From Halieaceae bacterium (GTDB lineage: Bacteria; Pseudomonadota; Gammaproteobacteria; Pseudomonadales; Halieaceae): 64,000 bases of DNA. A program made the position numbers and the translations under genes. Below the pieces are notes generated by a model. That model made no database searches. It had not been told where the DNA came from and worked only from the letters and a program-made list of their open reading frames with translations. This document shows, piece after piece, positions 1 to 9,989 of the stretch (the stretch's first letter is position 1; the number at the start of each line of letters is the position of its first letter). The stretch lies in contig JAHEEV010000008.1 in NCBI GenBank assembly GCA_024640505.1, positions 2,977 to 66,976 of the forward strand. Direction: 5' to 3'.

Positions 1-138
1 ATTCTGGACAATGATCCGGCTGTTGCTGTCACCCGGAATCAGGGTCTGCTGGGCTGCGGTCGCCCGGGAGGTAACCGGCAGGCATGTGAGCACCAGGAAC
101 ACGCCGATCAAGCCGGGAGAGCGATTTACAGTTTTCAT
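1..138 (-). CDS. N-terminal part of an exported protein; gene continues beyond the left edge (partial)
   Basis: Reverse-strand ATG at 138-136 opens MKTVNRSPGLIGVFLVLTCLPVTSRATAAQQTLIPG..., which has a basic n-region, a hydrophobic core and an AxA-like site (Sec signal peptide). The frame stays open to position 1. Too short for the ORF track; no family assignable. Confidence 0.3.
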   Translation of the reverse strand, partial: MKTVNRSPGLIGVFLVLTCLPVTSRATAAQQTLIPGDSNSRIIVQN

Positions 139-289
139 GGCAAAAGGCCTCGGTTCCATGATCATGAGTACACCCTGTAGTCTAGACGATCCTGCAGGCA
201 CGTCAGCCTGCGACGCGCGGCTTCCTTTGGCTGCAAAAAAGGCCTGATGTGTGTTAGCTTCCGTCAGCGGTCCTGACCTGGAGCCGGCC

Positions 290-1369
290 ATGTATTTCAC
301 TCAAAACCTCCGCTGCCTTCTCGGCACTGTGTTGTTTTACCTTGCCACACCCGGCTGCCTGCAGGCCGCCGTGGTTCTGCAGTACCACCACATCAGTGAT
401 ACGACCCCGGCCAGCACGTCCACCTCCCCGGAACGCTTTGCCATGCACCTGGCGTACCTGGAAAAACATGACTTCGACGTGGTTCCATTGGAGCAGCTGG
501 TCCAGATGGTGCGTTCGGGGCAGCTGCTTCCGGACAGGACCGTTGCCATCACCTTCGACGATGGTTACCGCTCGATCTATGACACGGCCTACCCGATGCT
601 GAAGTCCAGAGGCTGGCCATTTACGGTTTTCGTGAATTCCGAGCCCCACGATCACCGCCAGCCCTCCTTCATGACCTGGGAGCAACTGCGTGAAATAAGC
701 CGCAATGGTGGGACGATTGCGAATCATACCGTCGGCCACCCGTACCTCCTCGCACGTGAGGCAGGACAGGGCGAGGAGCCCTGGCGGGAGTGGGTGGCCG
801 ACGAAATCACGACGGCACAGTCGCGCATCGAGGCCGAGACAGGCACTACGGTCAAGCTGCTTGCGTATCCCTTTGGCGAGTACAACGAGGCCATTCTAGA
901 GGTTGCCCAAAGCCTCGGTTTTGCCGGATTCGGTCAACAATCCGGCCCCCTGTCAGAGCATAGCGACCTCAGGGTCCTGCCCCGCTTCCCGTTCGGCGGC
1001 AGTTACGGTGATGAATCGGACTTCGCTACCAAGGTAAACAGCCTGCCCATGCCGCTTGCTCCGGGGTCGGACTCCATCAGGCTGGAAAACGGGGACGGTG
1101 ACATCCTGCCCGACATGGTTTTCCCCGAAAGCGGTGTCCGCCCGATACTCGGACTCAGGTTTGCGGAAGGCTTCGATACTTCGCGCGTCAACTGCTTCGT
1201 GTCCGGTCAGGGTCGCACTCCGCCGCGGGCCGAGGAATCCTGGGTTTATGTGCGCGCTGAACAAGGCCTGGGCCCGGGCCGTTCCCGCTACAACTGCACC
1301 GCTCCCAGTGGTCAGCCCGGCCGTTTTTTCTGGTACTCTCAGCTGTGGATCGTACGGCCAACTCCCTGA
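290..1369 (+). CDS. Polysaccharide deacetylase (NodB-homology domain) family protein, probably exported
   Basis: ORF 251..1369; first ATG at 290. NodB motifs TFDDG, HTVGH (H-x3-H) and AYPFG occur in the canonical order. Hydrophobic N-terminus (LGTVLFYLATPGCLQAAVV). Cys-containing C-terminal extension of unknown function. Confidence 0.85.
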   Translation: MYFTQNLRCLLGTVLFYLATPGCLQAAVVLQYHHISDTTPASTSTSPERFAMHLAYLEKHDFDVVPLEQLVQMVRSGQLLPDRTVAITFDDGYRSIYDTAYPMLKSRGWPFTVFVNSEPHDHRQPSFMTWEQLREISRNGGTIANHTVGHPYLLAREAGQGEEPWREWVADEITTAQSRIEAETGTTVKLLAYPFGEYNEAILEVAQSLGFAGFGQQSGPLSEHSDLRVLPRFPFGGSYGDESDFATKVNSLPMPLAPGSDSIRLENGDGDILPDMVFPESGVRPILGLRFAEGFDTSRVNCFVSGQGRTPPRAEESWVYVRAEQGLGPGRSRYNCTAPSGQPGRFFWYSQLWIVRPTP

Positions 1370-1397
1370 AGAACCCCTTTGATTGCCTGGAGACAAC

Positions 1398-2480
1398 ATG
1401 CAACGCTTGATCTTTATCCGCACGCTGCTGAGCGCTGTGCTTTGCACTTCCGCCCTGACCGCCTGGTCAAAGAATGAAGCACCTGCCGGCGCGGTTAACC
1501 CGTCGGCTACTCTGGCGGAATCCGCCGAGGTCGTCGTCGTCCAGGGCATGCCCGAGCTGATCAGTTTCCTGAAGTCAGAGGACTGGTGGGGGGAGGAGAA
1601 CCGCGACGAACAGCTGACGGTTCCGCGCCTGATGATCACTGCCATCACGCCCTCCTGGCAGGAGGCCGCGAAAACGCTGACAGTACCCGAGAAGAAGGCC
1701 ATCTTTTATCGCCTGATGTGCCCACTGGTGATGCACGCCAACGATATGGTACTGGAATTCCGAGGTGCCCTGGAGCAGGCCGCTCAGGAGCTCGAGACGA
1801 CCGGAAAACTGTCCCCGGAAAGTCTCTCGGTGATTCGACGGGCGGCGATCCTCCTGCCCGGCATGGAGGAGGAGGATGCGGCCAGCATCACCGCCACTCA
1901 GCCCGAGCTGAGCAGCATGATCGATGGCCTGTTGTACCGTCTGGATATTATTCCGACGGGTCTGGCACTGGGACAGGCGGCCTACGAGAGCGGTTACGGC
2001 ACATCGCGTTTTGCCGTGGAGGGGAACTCCCTGTTCGGCCAGTGGACCTACAAGGGGGATGGCATCAAGCCGGGCCAGCAGCGCAAGGAGCTCGGCAATC
2101 ACCAGATCAAGGCATTCGAGTGGCCGTTTGACAGCGTGAGAGGTTACTTCGTCAACCTGATGACGCACCCCGCCTATGAGGACTTCCGGCGCCTGCGGGC
2201 CGAGCTGCGCGCGGCGGGCAAGCCTCTGGATTCACTGGTTCTTGCCGACGGGCTGGTCAAGTACTCCGAACGTGGCCAGGAATACGTCGACTCACTGAAA
2301 GGTATCATTCGGGTCAATAATCTCGATATCGCGGATCATGCGGTCTTTCGCGACGAGCCTGTTCGCTTCCTGGTCAGCGGGGAAACCGCAGAAAAAGCAG
2401 CGCAGCTCGAAACCATCATCCGACAGATGCGAGAAAGTGGAGAGCTCCATGACATCATCGAGCAGATGCGACTGGAGTAG
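1398..2480 (+). CDS. Bax-like protein with glucosaminidase (endo-beta-N-acetylglucosaminidase) domain
   Basis: ORF 1383..2480, first ATG at 1398. MQRLIFIRTLLSAVLCTSALTAWS looks like a signal peptide. The block AAYESGYGTSRFAVEGNSLFGQW matches the glucosaminidase/muramidase core seen in Bax/FlgJ-type proteins. Confidence 0.8.
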   Translation: MQRLIFIRTLLSAVLCTSALTAWSKNEAPAGAVNPSATLAESAEVVVVQGMPELISFLKSEDWWGEENRDEQLTVPRLMITAITPSWQEAAKTLTVPEKKAIFYRLMCPLVMHANDMVLEFRGALEQAAQELETTGKLSPESLSVIRRAAILLPGMEEEDAASITATQPELSSMIDGLLYRLDIIPTGLALGQAAYESGYGTSRFAVEGNSLFGQWTYKGDGIKPGQQRKELGNHQIKAFEWPFDSVRGYFVNLMTHPAYEDFRRLRAELRAAGKPLDSLVLADGLVKYSERGQEYVDSLKGIIRVNNLDIADHAVFRDEPVRFLVSGETAEKAAQLETIIRQMRESGELHDIIEQMRLE

Positions 2481-2518
2481 TTGGCAGGCGCTCAGGGTGC
2501 GCGGAGACCCACCGGCAT

Positions 2519-3610
2519 CTAGAACGGGTGCCCGAGGTTCAGGTAGTAGGCGGAGTTGTCGCCCTCACCTTTTGCGTATTCCAGGCGCAGGACAATGCCT
2601 GCGTCCGGCTTGAGAACAAAAAAGACCCCACCACCCAGCATCGGGTAGAGAGAGTCACCCTCATCGCAGGAGGATACTTTCTCGTAGAGACAGCCAACTC
2701 CACCAAAAAGTGAAGCGCCCCAGCGCCCGTAAATATGGAAACGGGCATCCAGGTTCAGGTGGCTGTAGTGTTCCGCCAGGTAATTACCCCGCGTATAGCC
2801 CCGCATATTCAGTGAAGAATATCCGGCCTTGGGTGCATCGTGAGTCCAGCGGCCACGAACATTCGTGGCCAGCACGTGTCCATCACCGAAGGCGTAGTAG
2901 TTGCTGTAATTAATCTGGTAGGCATCGAAGGATTCTTCGCCCCCCAGTCCCTCCCGGTAGGCGACATTATGTGCCACAAAGCGGTTGCCACTGTGCGGGT
3001 TGCGCTGATTGTCGCGGCTGTCGAATTCCCCCACCAGGCCAAGTCCATTGGACCTGAAGCCTGTCAGGCCAATCTGCTCCAGGATTAAATCGAAGTAGCC
3101 GTCCGCCCCGATGATGTAGTCAGAGGAAATAAACTGACCGCCCAGGTACCAGTTCCCCTTTACTCGATGGAGATATCGGAAAAAGAAGGTCTCCATGTTG
3201 TCCTCGGTTTTGGCAGAGGCACCGGTTCCCAGGAAGTCATCGTACTCGTTGCGTATTTTGCCGTTGATATAGCCGGTCATCACTCTGTGCTTATCGCCAT
3301 CAAAATACATATCGCCGAACAGGCCGCCCACGTAGGAGTCCGTGTCGCTGTAGGTGACAAAACTGGTAACCAGGGAAGGACTGGATTCCGGGTCAAACTT
3401 GTGAATATAGCCAGCCACAGCGCCCAGCGTGGTACCCAGCTTGGGATCGGAACTGACTGTGGGTGTGATCAGCCAGGGCGACTCTTTTTTCACCGCCGCC
3501 TCCGGCATGCCGGGCTCGTCGACTTCATCAGCAGATAAAATCGCCGGGCATACCAAAAAAAGCGTTAGTGACATTAGCCATGTACGGATCATGTAGAAGT
3601 TCTCTTGCAT
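2519..3610 (-). CDS. Outer-membrane beta-barrel protein, Omp85/surface-antigen-like barrel without recognisable POTRA region
   Basis: Signal peptide MIRTWLMSLTLFLVCPAILSADE (alternative ATG at 3592). Alternating aromatic/glycine beta-strand pattern throughout. C-terminal ...YYLNLGHPF ends in Phe, as is typical of OM barrels. Confidence 0.6.
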   Translation of the reverse strand: MQENFYMIRTWLMSLTLFLVCPAILSADEVDEPGMPEAAVKKESPWLITPTVSSDPKLGTTLGAVAGYIHKFDPESSPSLVTSFVTYSDTDSYVGGLFGDMYFDGDKHRVMTGYINGKIRNEYDDFLGTGASAKTEDNMETFFFRYLHRVKGNWYLGGQFISSDYIIGADGYFDLILEQIGLTGFRSNGLGLVGEFDSRDNQRNPHSGNRFVAHNVAYREGLGGEESFDAYQINYSNYYAFGDGHVLATNVRGRWTHDAPKAGYSSLNMRGYTRGNYLAEHYSHLNLDARFHIYGRWGASLFGGVGCLYEKVSSCDEGDSLYPMLGGGVFFVLKPDAGIVLRLEYAKGEGDNSAYYLNLGHPF

Positions 3611-3881
3611 CGATCTGGCCGATCTACGTTAACGACAACTACCTAGTGCACAACCACACGAACGCAGCCGGCCTGGAACGAACTTATTCTCTCGGGCCCG
3701 GGAGCACGGCTGATTCATGATGCTCACCACGCTCATCCAGAATCTCATAAGCCCCATTCGCCTGTTGTTCACTGTGGCGGCTTTCTCCACGCGTTGCAAC
3801 ATCCGCAGGGCGGCGGTTGACGACACCGCTGGGCTCGCTATCATAGCCCGGCTTGATAACCCTTCGGAGTGAGGTTCTACC

Positions 3882-4613
3882 ATGAGAAAACTGCTTATCG
3901 CCTGCACCGCTTTTTCAGCCTTCACCGTGGGGACTGTACTGGCCGACACTCTGGAGCTTGCTGACGGCACACTGCTCGAGGGTGACTTCGTGGGCAGCAG
4001 CAATGGCATCATCATGTTCAACACCGGTGACGACATCGAGGCCTTCCCCGAAAGTGAGGTGGTGGGCCTGTTCCTCAGCGCCGGCGTTGCCACCGCCGAA
4101 GCCACCCGCAACCAGGCCCCTGCGACGATTACCGTACCCGCAGGAACCAGGCTGGTGATCCGCACCTCTGACACCATCGATTCCCGGCGCCATCAGGCGG
4201 GGCACCGCTTCCGCGGACAGCTCGAGGGCGCCCTGGTGATCGATGGCGTAACGGCTGCTCAGCGGGGCACCATGGTACACGGCCGCATCGTCCAGGCACG
4301 CCAGGCGGGCCGCGTAGCGGGATCCTCCGAACTGGCCCTGGAATTCACGGATATCATGGTGGATGACCAGCTGTTTGAAATCCGCACTTCAGGCCTGCAG
4401 GCCCAGACCGGCAACGAAGCCGGCCGCACCGTGGGCCGCACTGCCCGCGCCGCCGCCATCGGCGGCCTGATCAGTGGCAAGTCCGGCGCCAAGACGGGCG
4501 CCGCTGTTGGGGCAGGCGCTTCAATCCTGACGGGTGGCGCCAGCATCAATATTCCTGCAGGCACGCTCCTGGAGACCAATCTCTCCTCACCGGTGTCCCT
4601 GCCCCGCCCCTGA
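3882..4613 (+). CDS. Exported hypothetical protein with C-terminal glycine-zipper segment
   Basis: Signal peptide MRKLLIACTAFSAFTVGTVLA. Repeated (V/I)PAGT(R/L)L strands. Gly/Ala-rich AAAIGGLISGKSGAKTGAAVGAGASILTGG near the C-terminus. No family recognised. Confidence 0.6.
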   Translation: MRKLLIACTAFSAFTVGTVLADTLELADGTLLEGDFVGSSNGIIMFNTGDDIEAFPESEVVGLFLSAGVATAEATRNQAPATITVPAGTRLVIRTSDTIDSRRHQAGHRFRGQLEGALVIDGVTAAQRGTMVHGRIVQARQAGRVAGSSELALEFTDIMVDDQLFEIRTSGLQAQTGNEAGRTVGRTARAAAIGGLISGKSGAKTGAAVGAGASILTGGASINIPAGTLLETNLSSPVSLPRP

Positions 4614-4747
4614 TCAGGTGGCCCTGCGCTACGAGTGGGATGTGGGCGTGCACTGCATCGGTGATGTTGGCCGCCTAAACGTTCCAGAACACTAACGATC
4701 CCCACTTTTACCCCTGCACACCCCAGCCGGGACTTTCTCGACATTTT

Positions 4748-4788
4748 GGCAACTAGCGATTGAAGTTGCCTGGTCTGTCACCTATACT
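4748..4788 (+). promoter_or_regulatory. Candidate sigma70 promoter (TTGAAG-17 nt-TATACT) overlapped by a 7-bp inverted repeat; putative MarR operator
   Basis: GGCAACT (4748-4754), a 9-nt spacer, then AGTTGCC (4764-4770) form a perfect inverted repeat. TTGAAG lies at 4760-4765 and TATACT at 4783-4788 with a 17-nt spacer. The site is about 40 bp upstream of the MarR ATG at 4829. Confidence 0.4.
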
Positions 4789-4828
4789 CATTACCCATAT
4801 TATAAGCATAGTTATTAATAGTGTGCCT

Positions 4829-5263
4829 ATGGAAGACAATATTGGTGCAATGCTGGCTGACGTCTCGCGCCTGATGCGGCGCTCCTTTAACGAGCGCGCC
4901 CGCGGAATCGGCGTGACCCGACCGCAATGGCAGGTACTCACCGTGCTGGGCCGCCATGAGGGGAGTAAACAGGCGGGTGTAGCGGATTTGCTGGATGTCG
5001 AGCCCATCACCCTGTGTCGTATGGTCGATCGTCTGCAGGAGGCCGAGCTGGTCGAGCGGCGCCGTGACCCGGGGGACCGCCGGGCGTGGCAACTCTTTCT
5101 GACCCCCAAGGCGAGAGACCTGCTGGACGAGCTCAGGCCAATGGGAGAGGAGGTTATGGCCATTGCCCTGGAAGGTTTTTCGCAGGAGGAGCGGGACGGC
5201 CTGCGTCAGTCCCTGGACCGTATCCGCCAGAATCTGGCACGCCGTTCGGTCGGCGTCACCTGA
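4829..5263 (+). CDS. MarR family transcriptional regulator
   Basis: ORF 4760..5263, ATG at 4829. Winged-helix region QWQVLTVLGRHEGSKQAGVADLLDVEPITLCRMVDRLQEAELVERRRDPGDRRA is typical of MarR. Confidence 0.85.
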   Translation: MEDNIGAMLADVSRLMRRSFNERARGIGVTRPQWQVLTVLGRHEGSKQAGVADLLDVEPITLCRMVDRLQEAELVERRRDPGDRRAWQLFLTPKARDLLDELRPMGEEVMAIALEGFSQEERDGLRQSLDRIRQNLARRSVGVT

Positions 5264-5380
5264 ACCGCTGTCCTGGCCTGTCAGCTCCGGAGTTTCTGTT
5301 ATGTATTTACGATTTTTGACCAGATGCTTTGTGATAGAGTCGTCATGGCTTAACACGCCACGCCCCGCGAAACACGGACC

Positions 5381-6712
5381 TTGCGCCACCCTTCAACAAT
5401 ACCGGCGGTCATCACTGTGAGTTCCAGGACACGACAAGCCATTCTCTCCCTTGCCATGCTGGCCTGCGCTACGGCAATCAGTGTGCTGCTATACCTGAAT
5501 CGGCCCACGTCGGAGATCGTGGAACCGGAGTACATCCCGGTTACGGTCGACGTGGCGGAGGTGGTTAAAGAGAACCTGCACATCAATATCCAGGCCCAGG
5601 GTACTGTCACGCCGCTGCGCCAGACCGCGATTTTAGCGGAAGTAAAGGGGCGGGTGGTCGAGGCTTCCCCCGCTTTTAACGTAGGTGGATTCGTCGCGCA
5701 GGACGAGGTCCTGCTGCGCATCGATCCGCGGGATTACCAGACCGCCCTGCTCCGAGCCCAGGCGGCCCTGGAATCTGCCGAGAGCGCACTGGTCCAGGAA
5801 AAAGGCCGCGCAGAAGTCGCCCTCAGAGAGTGGCAGAAACTGCCCAGGGGCGACCAGCGCAGCAAGGAAGCCCGGGACCTCTACCTGAGAAAGCCGCAGC
5901 TCGAACTCGCAGAAGCCCAACTGCTGGCAGCGAGAGCCGATCTGAACACCGCCCGTGACAACCTTGAACGCACGATCATCCGAGCGCCCTACCAGGCCCT
6001 GATACGCGCCAAGCACAGTGAACTGGGCCAGTTCGTGGCGGCAGGCTCGCAAGTCGCCGACATCATCTCCGTAGACTATGCGGAAATACGGTTGTCCATT
6101 CCCCAGAGCAAGCTGGGCTACCTGAACCTGCCCGGCCTGGGTGAGTCCGGTGAAGGCGCGCCAATCGATCTGTTCACGGACGTAGCCGGAGAGGTCAGGC
6201 ACTGGGAGGCCCGGCTGCACCGCACGGAGGGGACCTTCGACGAGCGCTCCCGCGTACTCTACGCGATCGCCCGCATAGAGGATCCCTACGCCCTCAACTC
6301 ACCCGGGCGCGAACCCCTGCGCATCGGCACCTTCGTCACCGCCAACATCGAGGGAAAAGAGATACAGGACGTGGTCCGGCTGCCACATCATCTGTTGCGG
6401 GCGGGAAATCAGGTGTGGATCGTGGATGAGTCGTCCCGACTCCGCAATCGCAAGGTCACCCTGTTGCGTACCGGAGGTGACGACGTTTATATCAGGTCAG
6501 GTCTCGATGAGGGCGACCTGGTATCGCTTACAGTGCTGGACAACTCCTTCGATGGCGCCCGGGTGGATGTCGTCTCGACGACCCCGAGTAACCAGCTGGA
6601 ACTGAAGCCATCCAGCGAGAGCCCAATCATCGAGTCCGTGTCCGGCGAGACGCGACAGATCACCCGCTCCGAAGCCAGCCGGTCCACGCAATCCGAAACT
6701 GAACCGGGATGA
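5381..6712 (+). CDS. RND efflux periplasmic adaptor (membrane fusion protein, HlyD family)
   Basis: N-terminal anchor ILSLAMLACATAISVLLYL. Coiled-coil hairpin (LLRAQAALESAESAL ... LELAEAQLLAARADLNTARDNLERTIIRAPY). The stop overlaps the pump start (ATGA, 6709-6712). Start uncertain: TTG at 5381 or in-frame GTG at 5417. Confidence 0.85.
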   Translation: MRHPSTIPAVITVSSRTRQAILSLAMLACATAISVLLYLNRPTSEIVEPEYIPVTVDVAEVVKENLHINIQAQGTVTPLRQTAILAEVKGRVVEASPAFNVGGFVAQDEVLLRIDPRDYQTALLRAQAALESAESALVQEKGRAEVALREWQKLPRGDQRSKEARDLYLRKPQLELAEAQLLAARADLNTARDNLERTIIRAPYQALIRAKHSELGQFVAAGSQVADIISVDYAEIRLSIPQSKLGYLNLPGLGESGEGAPIDLFTDVAGEVRHWEARLHRTEGTFDERSRVLYAIARIEDPYALNSPGREPLRIGTFVTANIEGKEIQDVVRLPHHLLRAGNQVWIVDESSRLRNRKVTLLRTGGDDVYIRSGLDEGDLVSLTVLDNSFDGARVDVVSTTPSNQLELKPSSESPIIESVSGETRQITRSEASRSTQSETEPG

Positions 6713-9700
6713 AAGAGACACCACAGGTAGGCATCATCGCCTGGTTCGCGCACAATCCCGTCGCCGCCAACCTGTTGATGCTGATCATCATGGCCGTGGG
6801 CCTGGGTAGTGCATTCAGCATACAGCGCTCCATGTTTCCCAGCTTTGATATCGAGAAGATCGTCATTGAAGCGCCCTACCCCGGCGCGGCGCCCGAAGAA
6901 GTCGAGAACGGTGTGGTCCTCAAGATCGAGGAGGCCATCAATGACGTCGAGGGTATCAAACGGGTGGTCGTCGATGCCTATGAGTCAAGCGCACGCTTCT
7001 GGATCGACCCACAGGATGGGACGGACATATCGAAGCTGCTGGATGACATCCGCAACCGCATCGACGGGATCCGGCATTTCCCCGAGGAAGCCGAAAAGCC
7101 CATCGTTACACAGCCTGAAATGCTGTTCTCGGCGTTGACGGTACAGATTTCCGGGGATCTCAGCGAGCGCAGCATGAAATCGCTGGCAGATGAGATCAGG
7201 CGTGAATTGCTGGCACTGCCTGATGTCTCGGCCGCCGAGGTGACGGGCGCCCGGGATTATGAAATCGCCATCGAGGTATCGGAGCAGTTGTTGCGGGAGT
7301 ACCACCTGACGCTGGGTGACGTGGCCCGGACCATTGCGGCGTCGTCGCTGGACCTACCGGCAGGTGCGGTGCGCACCGAGACCGGGGACATCATGCTGCG
7401 CACGGTCGGGCAGGCCTACGTGCAACAGGACTTCGAGGCGATCGTGCTCAAGACCTGGCCCGACGGCACCCGCCTGCTGCTGGGCGATATCGCCAACGTC
7501 CACGACGGCTTCGTGGATGCCCGGGGTTTCTCACTCTTCGACGGCAAGTACTCCCTGGGTGTCAGCGTATTCGCCATGGGCAAACAGGACATCATCGAGA
7601 CCGCCAACGCCGCTAAAGCCTACGTTGCAGAGAAGAGTACCCGCCTGCCGGATGGCGTCCAGTTGAATATCTGGGCTGATTCCACCTATTACCTCGAAGG
7701 CAGACTGGGCATGATGCTCAAGAACCTGGCCATGGGGGCACTGCTGGTCTTTATCGTCCTGGCCCTGTTCCTCGAGATAAAGCTGGCCTTCTGGGTGATG
7801 TTGGGTATCCCTGTCTGTTTCCTGGGCGCTATGGCCGTGATACACACACCCTATATCGACGCCAGCCTGAATATGATCAGCCTGTTCGGCTTTATTCTCG
7901 TGCTGGGCATCGTGGTGGATGACGCCATTATTATGGGTGAAAGCGCCTACAGTGAGCAGGAACGCCACGGCCATAGTGTGGGCAGCGTCATCAACGGGGT
8001 CTACCGGGTATCGACGCCGGCTACCTTCGGTGTATTGACCACCATCGTGGCCTTCACACCAACGCTGTTTACCCAGGGCATGTTCAGCGCTTTTCCCGAG
8101 GCCTGCGGGTGGGTGGTGATTCTCTGTCTCTGCTTTTCCCTGGTGGAGTCCAAGTGGATTCTCCCCGCCCACCTGGCTCACAGTAAACCGACCCGCAACC
8201 GCTTTTTGCTGGCGATCGACCATGTACAGGAAGCCGCCAACCGCAAGCTGAGTCATCTGGTGGAAAACCACTATCGGCCGCTGGCTGAACGTTGTGTTGC
8301 CAACCGCTACGCCACCCTGGCCTTTTTCCTGTCGTTACTGGTGCTCTGCTCGGGGCTGATCGCAGGAGGCATGGTCCGGACCGTAGTGGCCCCCGATACC
8401 CCCGGGGAATTTATCCGGGCGGAATTGGTGATGTCACAGGGAACGCCGGAGGATCGCACGCTGCAGGCCCTGTCCGCTATTGTGGAGTCACTGCACCAGG
8501 TGGAACGCGACTACCAGCGCGAGACAAAGAGCGATACGCAACTGCTGAAGCATGTTTATGCCAGTGGGTTCGACCGCATCAATGGCCGCATCGATGTCGA
8601 GCTGAGCAAGGAAGACGAGCGGAGCATCTCGACCCAGGAGATCGAGCGACGCTGGCGCGATCAGACGGGCGCTGTCCACGGCGCCAAGATACTTTCTTTT
8701 TCCCACGCGAGCGGACCGAGTTTCGGGCCCGAGATTACCTTCGATCTCACACACAAGAACTTCGATGTCCTGCGCGAAGCGTCTGTCGAGCTGGGAGATG
8801 CCATGAGGCGCTACGCAGGCGTCTACGATATCCGGGAAGGAGCCAGCGATACCGCCGATGAATTTCACCTGGACATCCGGCCGGAGGCCGAATCTCTCGG
8901 GCTCACCCGCTATGACCTGGCAACCCAGGTGCGTCACGCTTTCTACGGGGCAGAGGCACAGCGGATACAGCGGGGCATCGATGAAATCAAGGTCATGGTG
9001 CGCTACCCACAGGCGGACCGTGAAAATATCAGCAGCCTGAACGGCATGTTTATCCGCACCCCCGCCGGAGACGAGGTGCCTTTCGAAACCGTTGCACAGC
9101 TGGATGTTCGCCAGGGACTGTTGAAGGCGACGCACATCAATTACCAGCGGGCCTCGTCCGTCACCGCCGAGGTCGACAAGAAACTGGTGGAGCCGGACAA
9201 AGTCATCTCCGAGATCGAGCAGAATGTCATGCCCGGCCTGCTGGAGAAATACCCGGGACTGAGTTACAGCGTTGCAGGCATCGCAGAGGAATCCAGAAAG
9301 GTCGTGTCCAGTATGCTGGTAGGCTTCGCCCTGTCTCTGTTCGGTATCTACGCCCTGCTGGCCATACCGACCAGATCCTACCTGCAACCCCTGATCATCA
9401 TGGGAGTGATACCCTTCGGCATCATCGGTGCCATCGTGGGCCACTGGGTCACGGACTTCCCCCTGAGCATGATGTCGATGATGGGCGTGATCGCTCTCAG
9501 CGGTGTGGTGGTGAACGACAGCCTGATCCTGGTCGACTTCGCCAACAAGTCCGTGGCCGCCGGGGCTGAGCGCCACAGGGCTATTCTGGACGCCGGCACC
9601 CGGCGCTTTCGGGCCATTCTGCTCACCTCCATGACCACCTTCTGCGGCCTGGCGCCCATGCTGCTGGAGCGCAGCGTCCAGGCACAGGAGATCGTTCCCA

Positions 9701-9909
9701 TGGCGATTTCTCTCGCGTTCGGTATCGTCTTTGCCACCGTGATCACCCTGCTCCTGCTGCCCTGCCTCTATATGATCCTGGACGACCTGAGCCGCTGGTG
9801 GCGATCACACGAGGCGACCAGGACGTCCGGGGACCGAGTTGCAGCAACACCGCGCAGCAGGCTGCCGTCAGATGGGGCCGCCGCGGATCCTTTTTCGCCG
9901 GAACTGTAA
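6709..9909 (+). CDS. RND efflux transporter permease (AcrB/AcrD/AcrF superfamily)
   Basis: 1066 aa. N-terminal TM segment, two large periplasmic loops each followed by TM clusters. Conserved TM4-type segment FGFILVLGIVVDDAIIMGE. Translationally coupled to the adaptor. Confidence 0.95.
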   Translation: MKETPQVGIIAWFAHNPVAANLLMLIIMAVGLGSAFSIQRSMFPSFDIEKIVIEAPYPGAAPEEVENGVVLKIEEAINDVEGIKRVVVDAYESSARFWIDPQDGTDISKLLDDIRNRIDGIRHFPEEAEKPIVTQPEMLFSALTVQISGDLSERSMKSLADEIRRELLALPDVSAAEVTGARDYEIAIEVSEQLLREYHLTLGDVARTIAASSLDLPAGAVRTETGDIMLRTVGQAYVQQDFEAIVLKTWPDGTRLLLGDIANVHDGFVDARGFSLFDGKYSLGVSVFAMGKQDIIETANAAKAYVAEKSTRLPDGVQLNIWADSTYYLEGRLGMMLKNLAMGALLVFIVLALFLEIKLAFWVMLGIPVCFLGAMAVIHTPYIDASLNMISLFGFILVLGIVVDDAIIMGESAYSEQERHGHSVGSVINGVYRVSTPATFGVLTTIVAFTPTLFTQGMFSAFPEACGWVVILCLCFSLVESKWILPAHLAHSKPTRNRFLLAIDHVQEAANRKLSHLVENHYRPLAERCVANRYATLAFFLSLLVLCSGLIAGGMVRTVVAPDTPGEFIRAELVMSQGTPEDRTLQALSAIVESLHQVERDYQRETKSDTQLLKHVYASGFDRINGRIDVELSKEDERSISTQEIERRWRDQTGAVHGAKILSFSHASGPSFGPEITFDLTHKNFDVLREASVELGDAMRRYAGVYDIREGASDTADEFHLDIRPEAESLGLTRYDLATQVRHAFYGAEAQRIQRGIDEIKVMVRYPQADRENISSLNGMFIRTPAGDEVPFETVAQLDVRQGLLKATHINYQRASSVTAEVDKKLVEPDKVISEIEQNVMPGLLEKYPGLSYSVAGIAEESRKVVSSMLVGFALSLFGIYALLAIPTRSYLQPLIIMGVIPFGIIGAIVGHWVTDFPLSMMSMMGVIALSGVVVNDSLILVDFANKSVAAGAERHRAILDAGTRRFRAILLTSMTTFCGLAPMLLERSVQAQEIVPMAISLAFGIVFATVITLLLLPCLYMILDDLSRWWRSHEATRTSGDRVAATPRSRLPSDGAAADPFSPEL

Positions 9910-9989
9910 AGCTTCTACAGGGCGGTGACGCTCCGGCGGCCCGGATCTAACCTGGCATCACGCTGCAGGGAGCGCCGGGAGCACGATCA

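Noticed and set aside
11-247. 78-aa plus-strand ORF at the left edge.
   Set aside because: No motif or SD. The opposite strand encodes a convincing signal peptide starting at 138, which explains the open frame.
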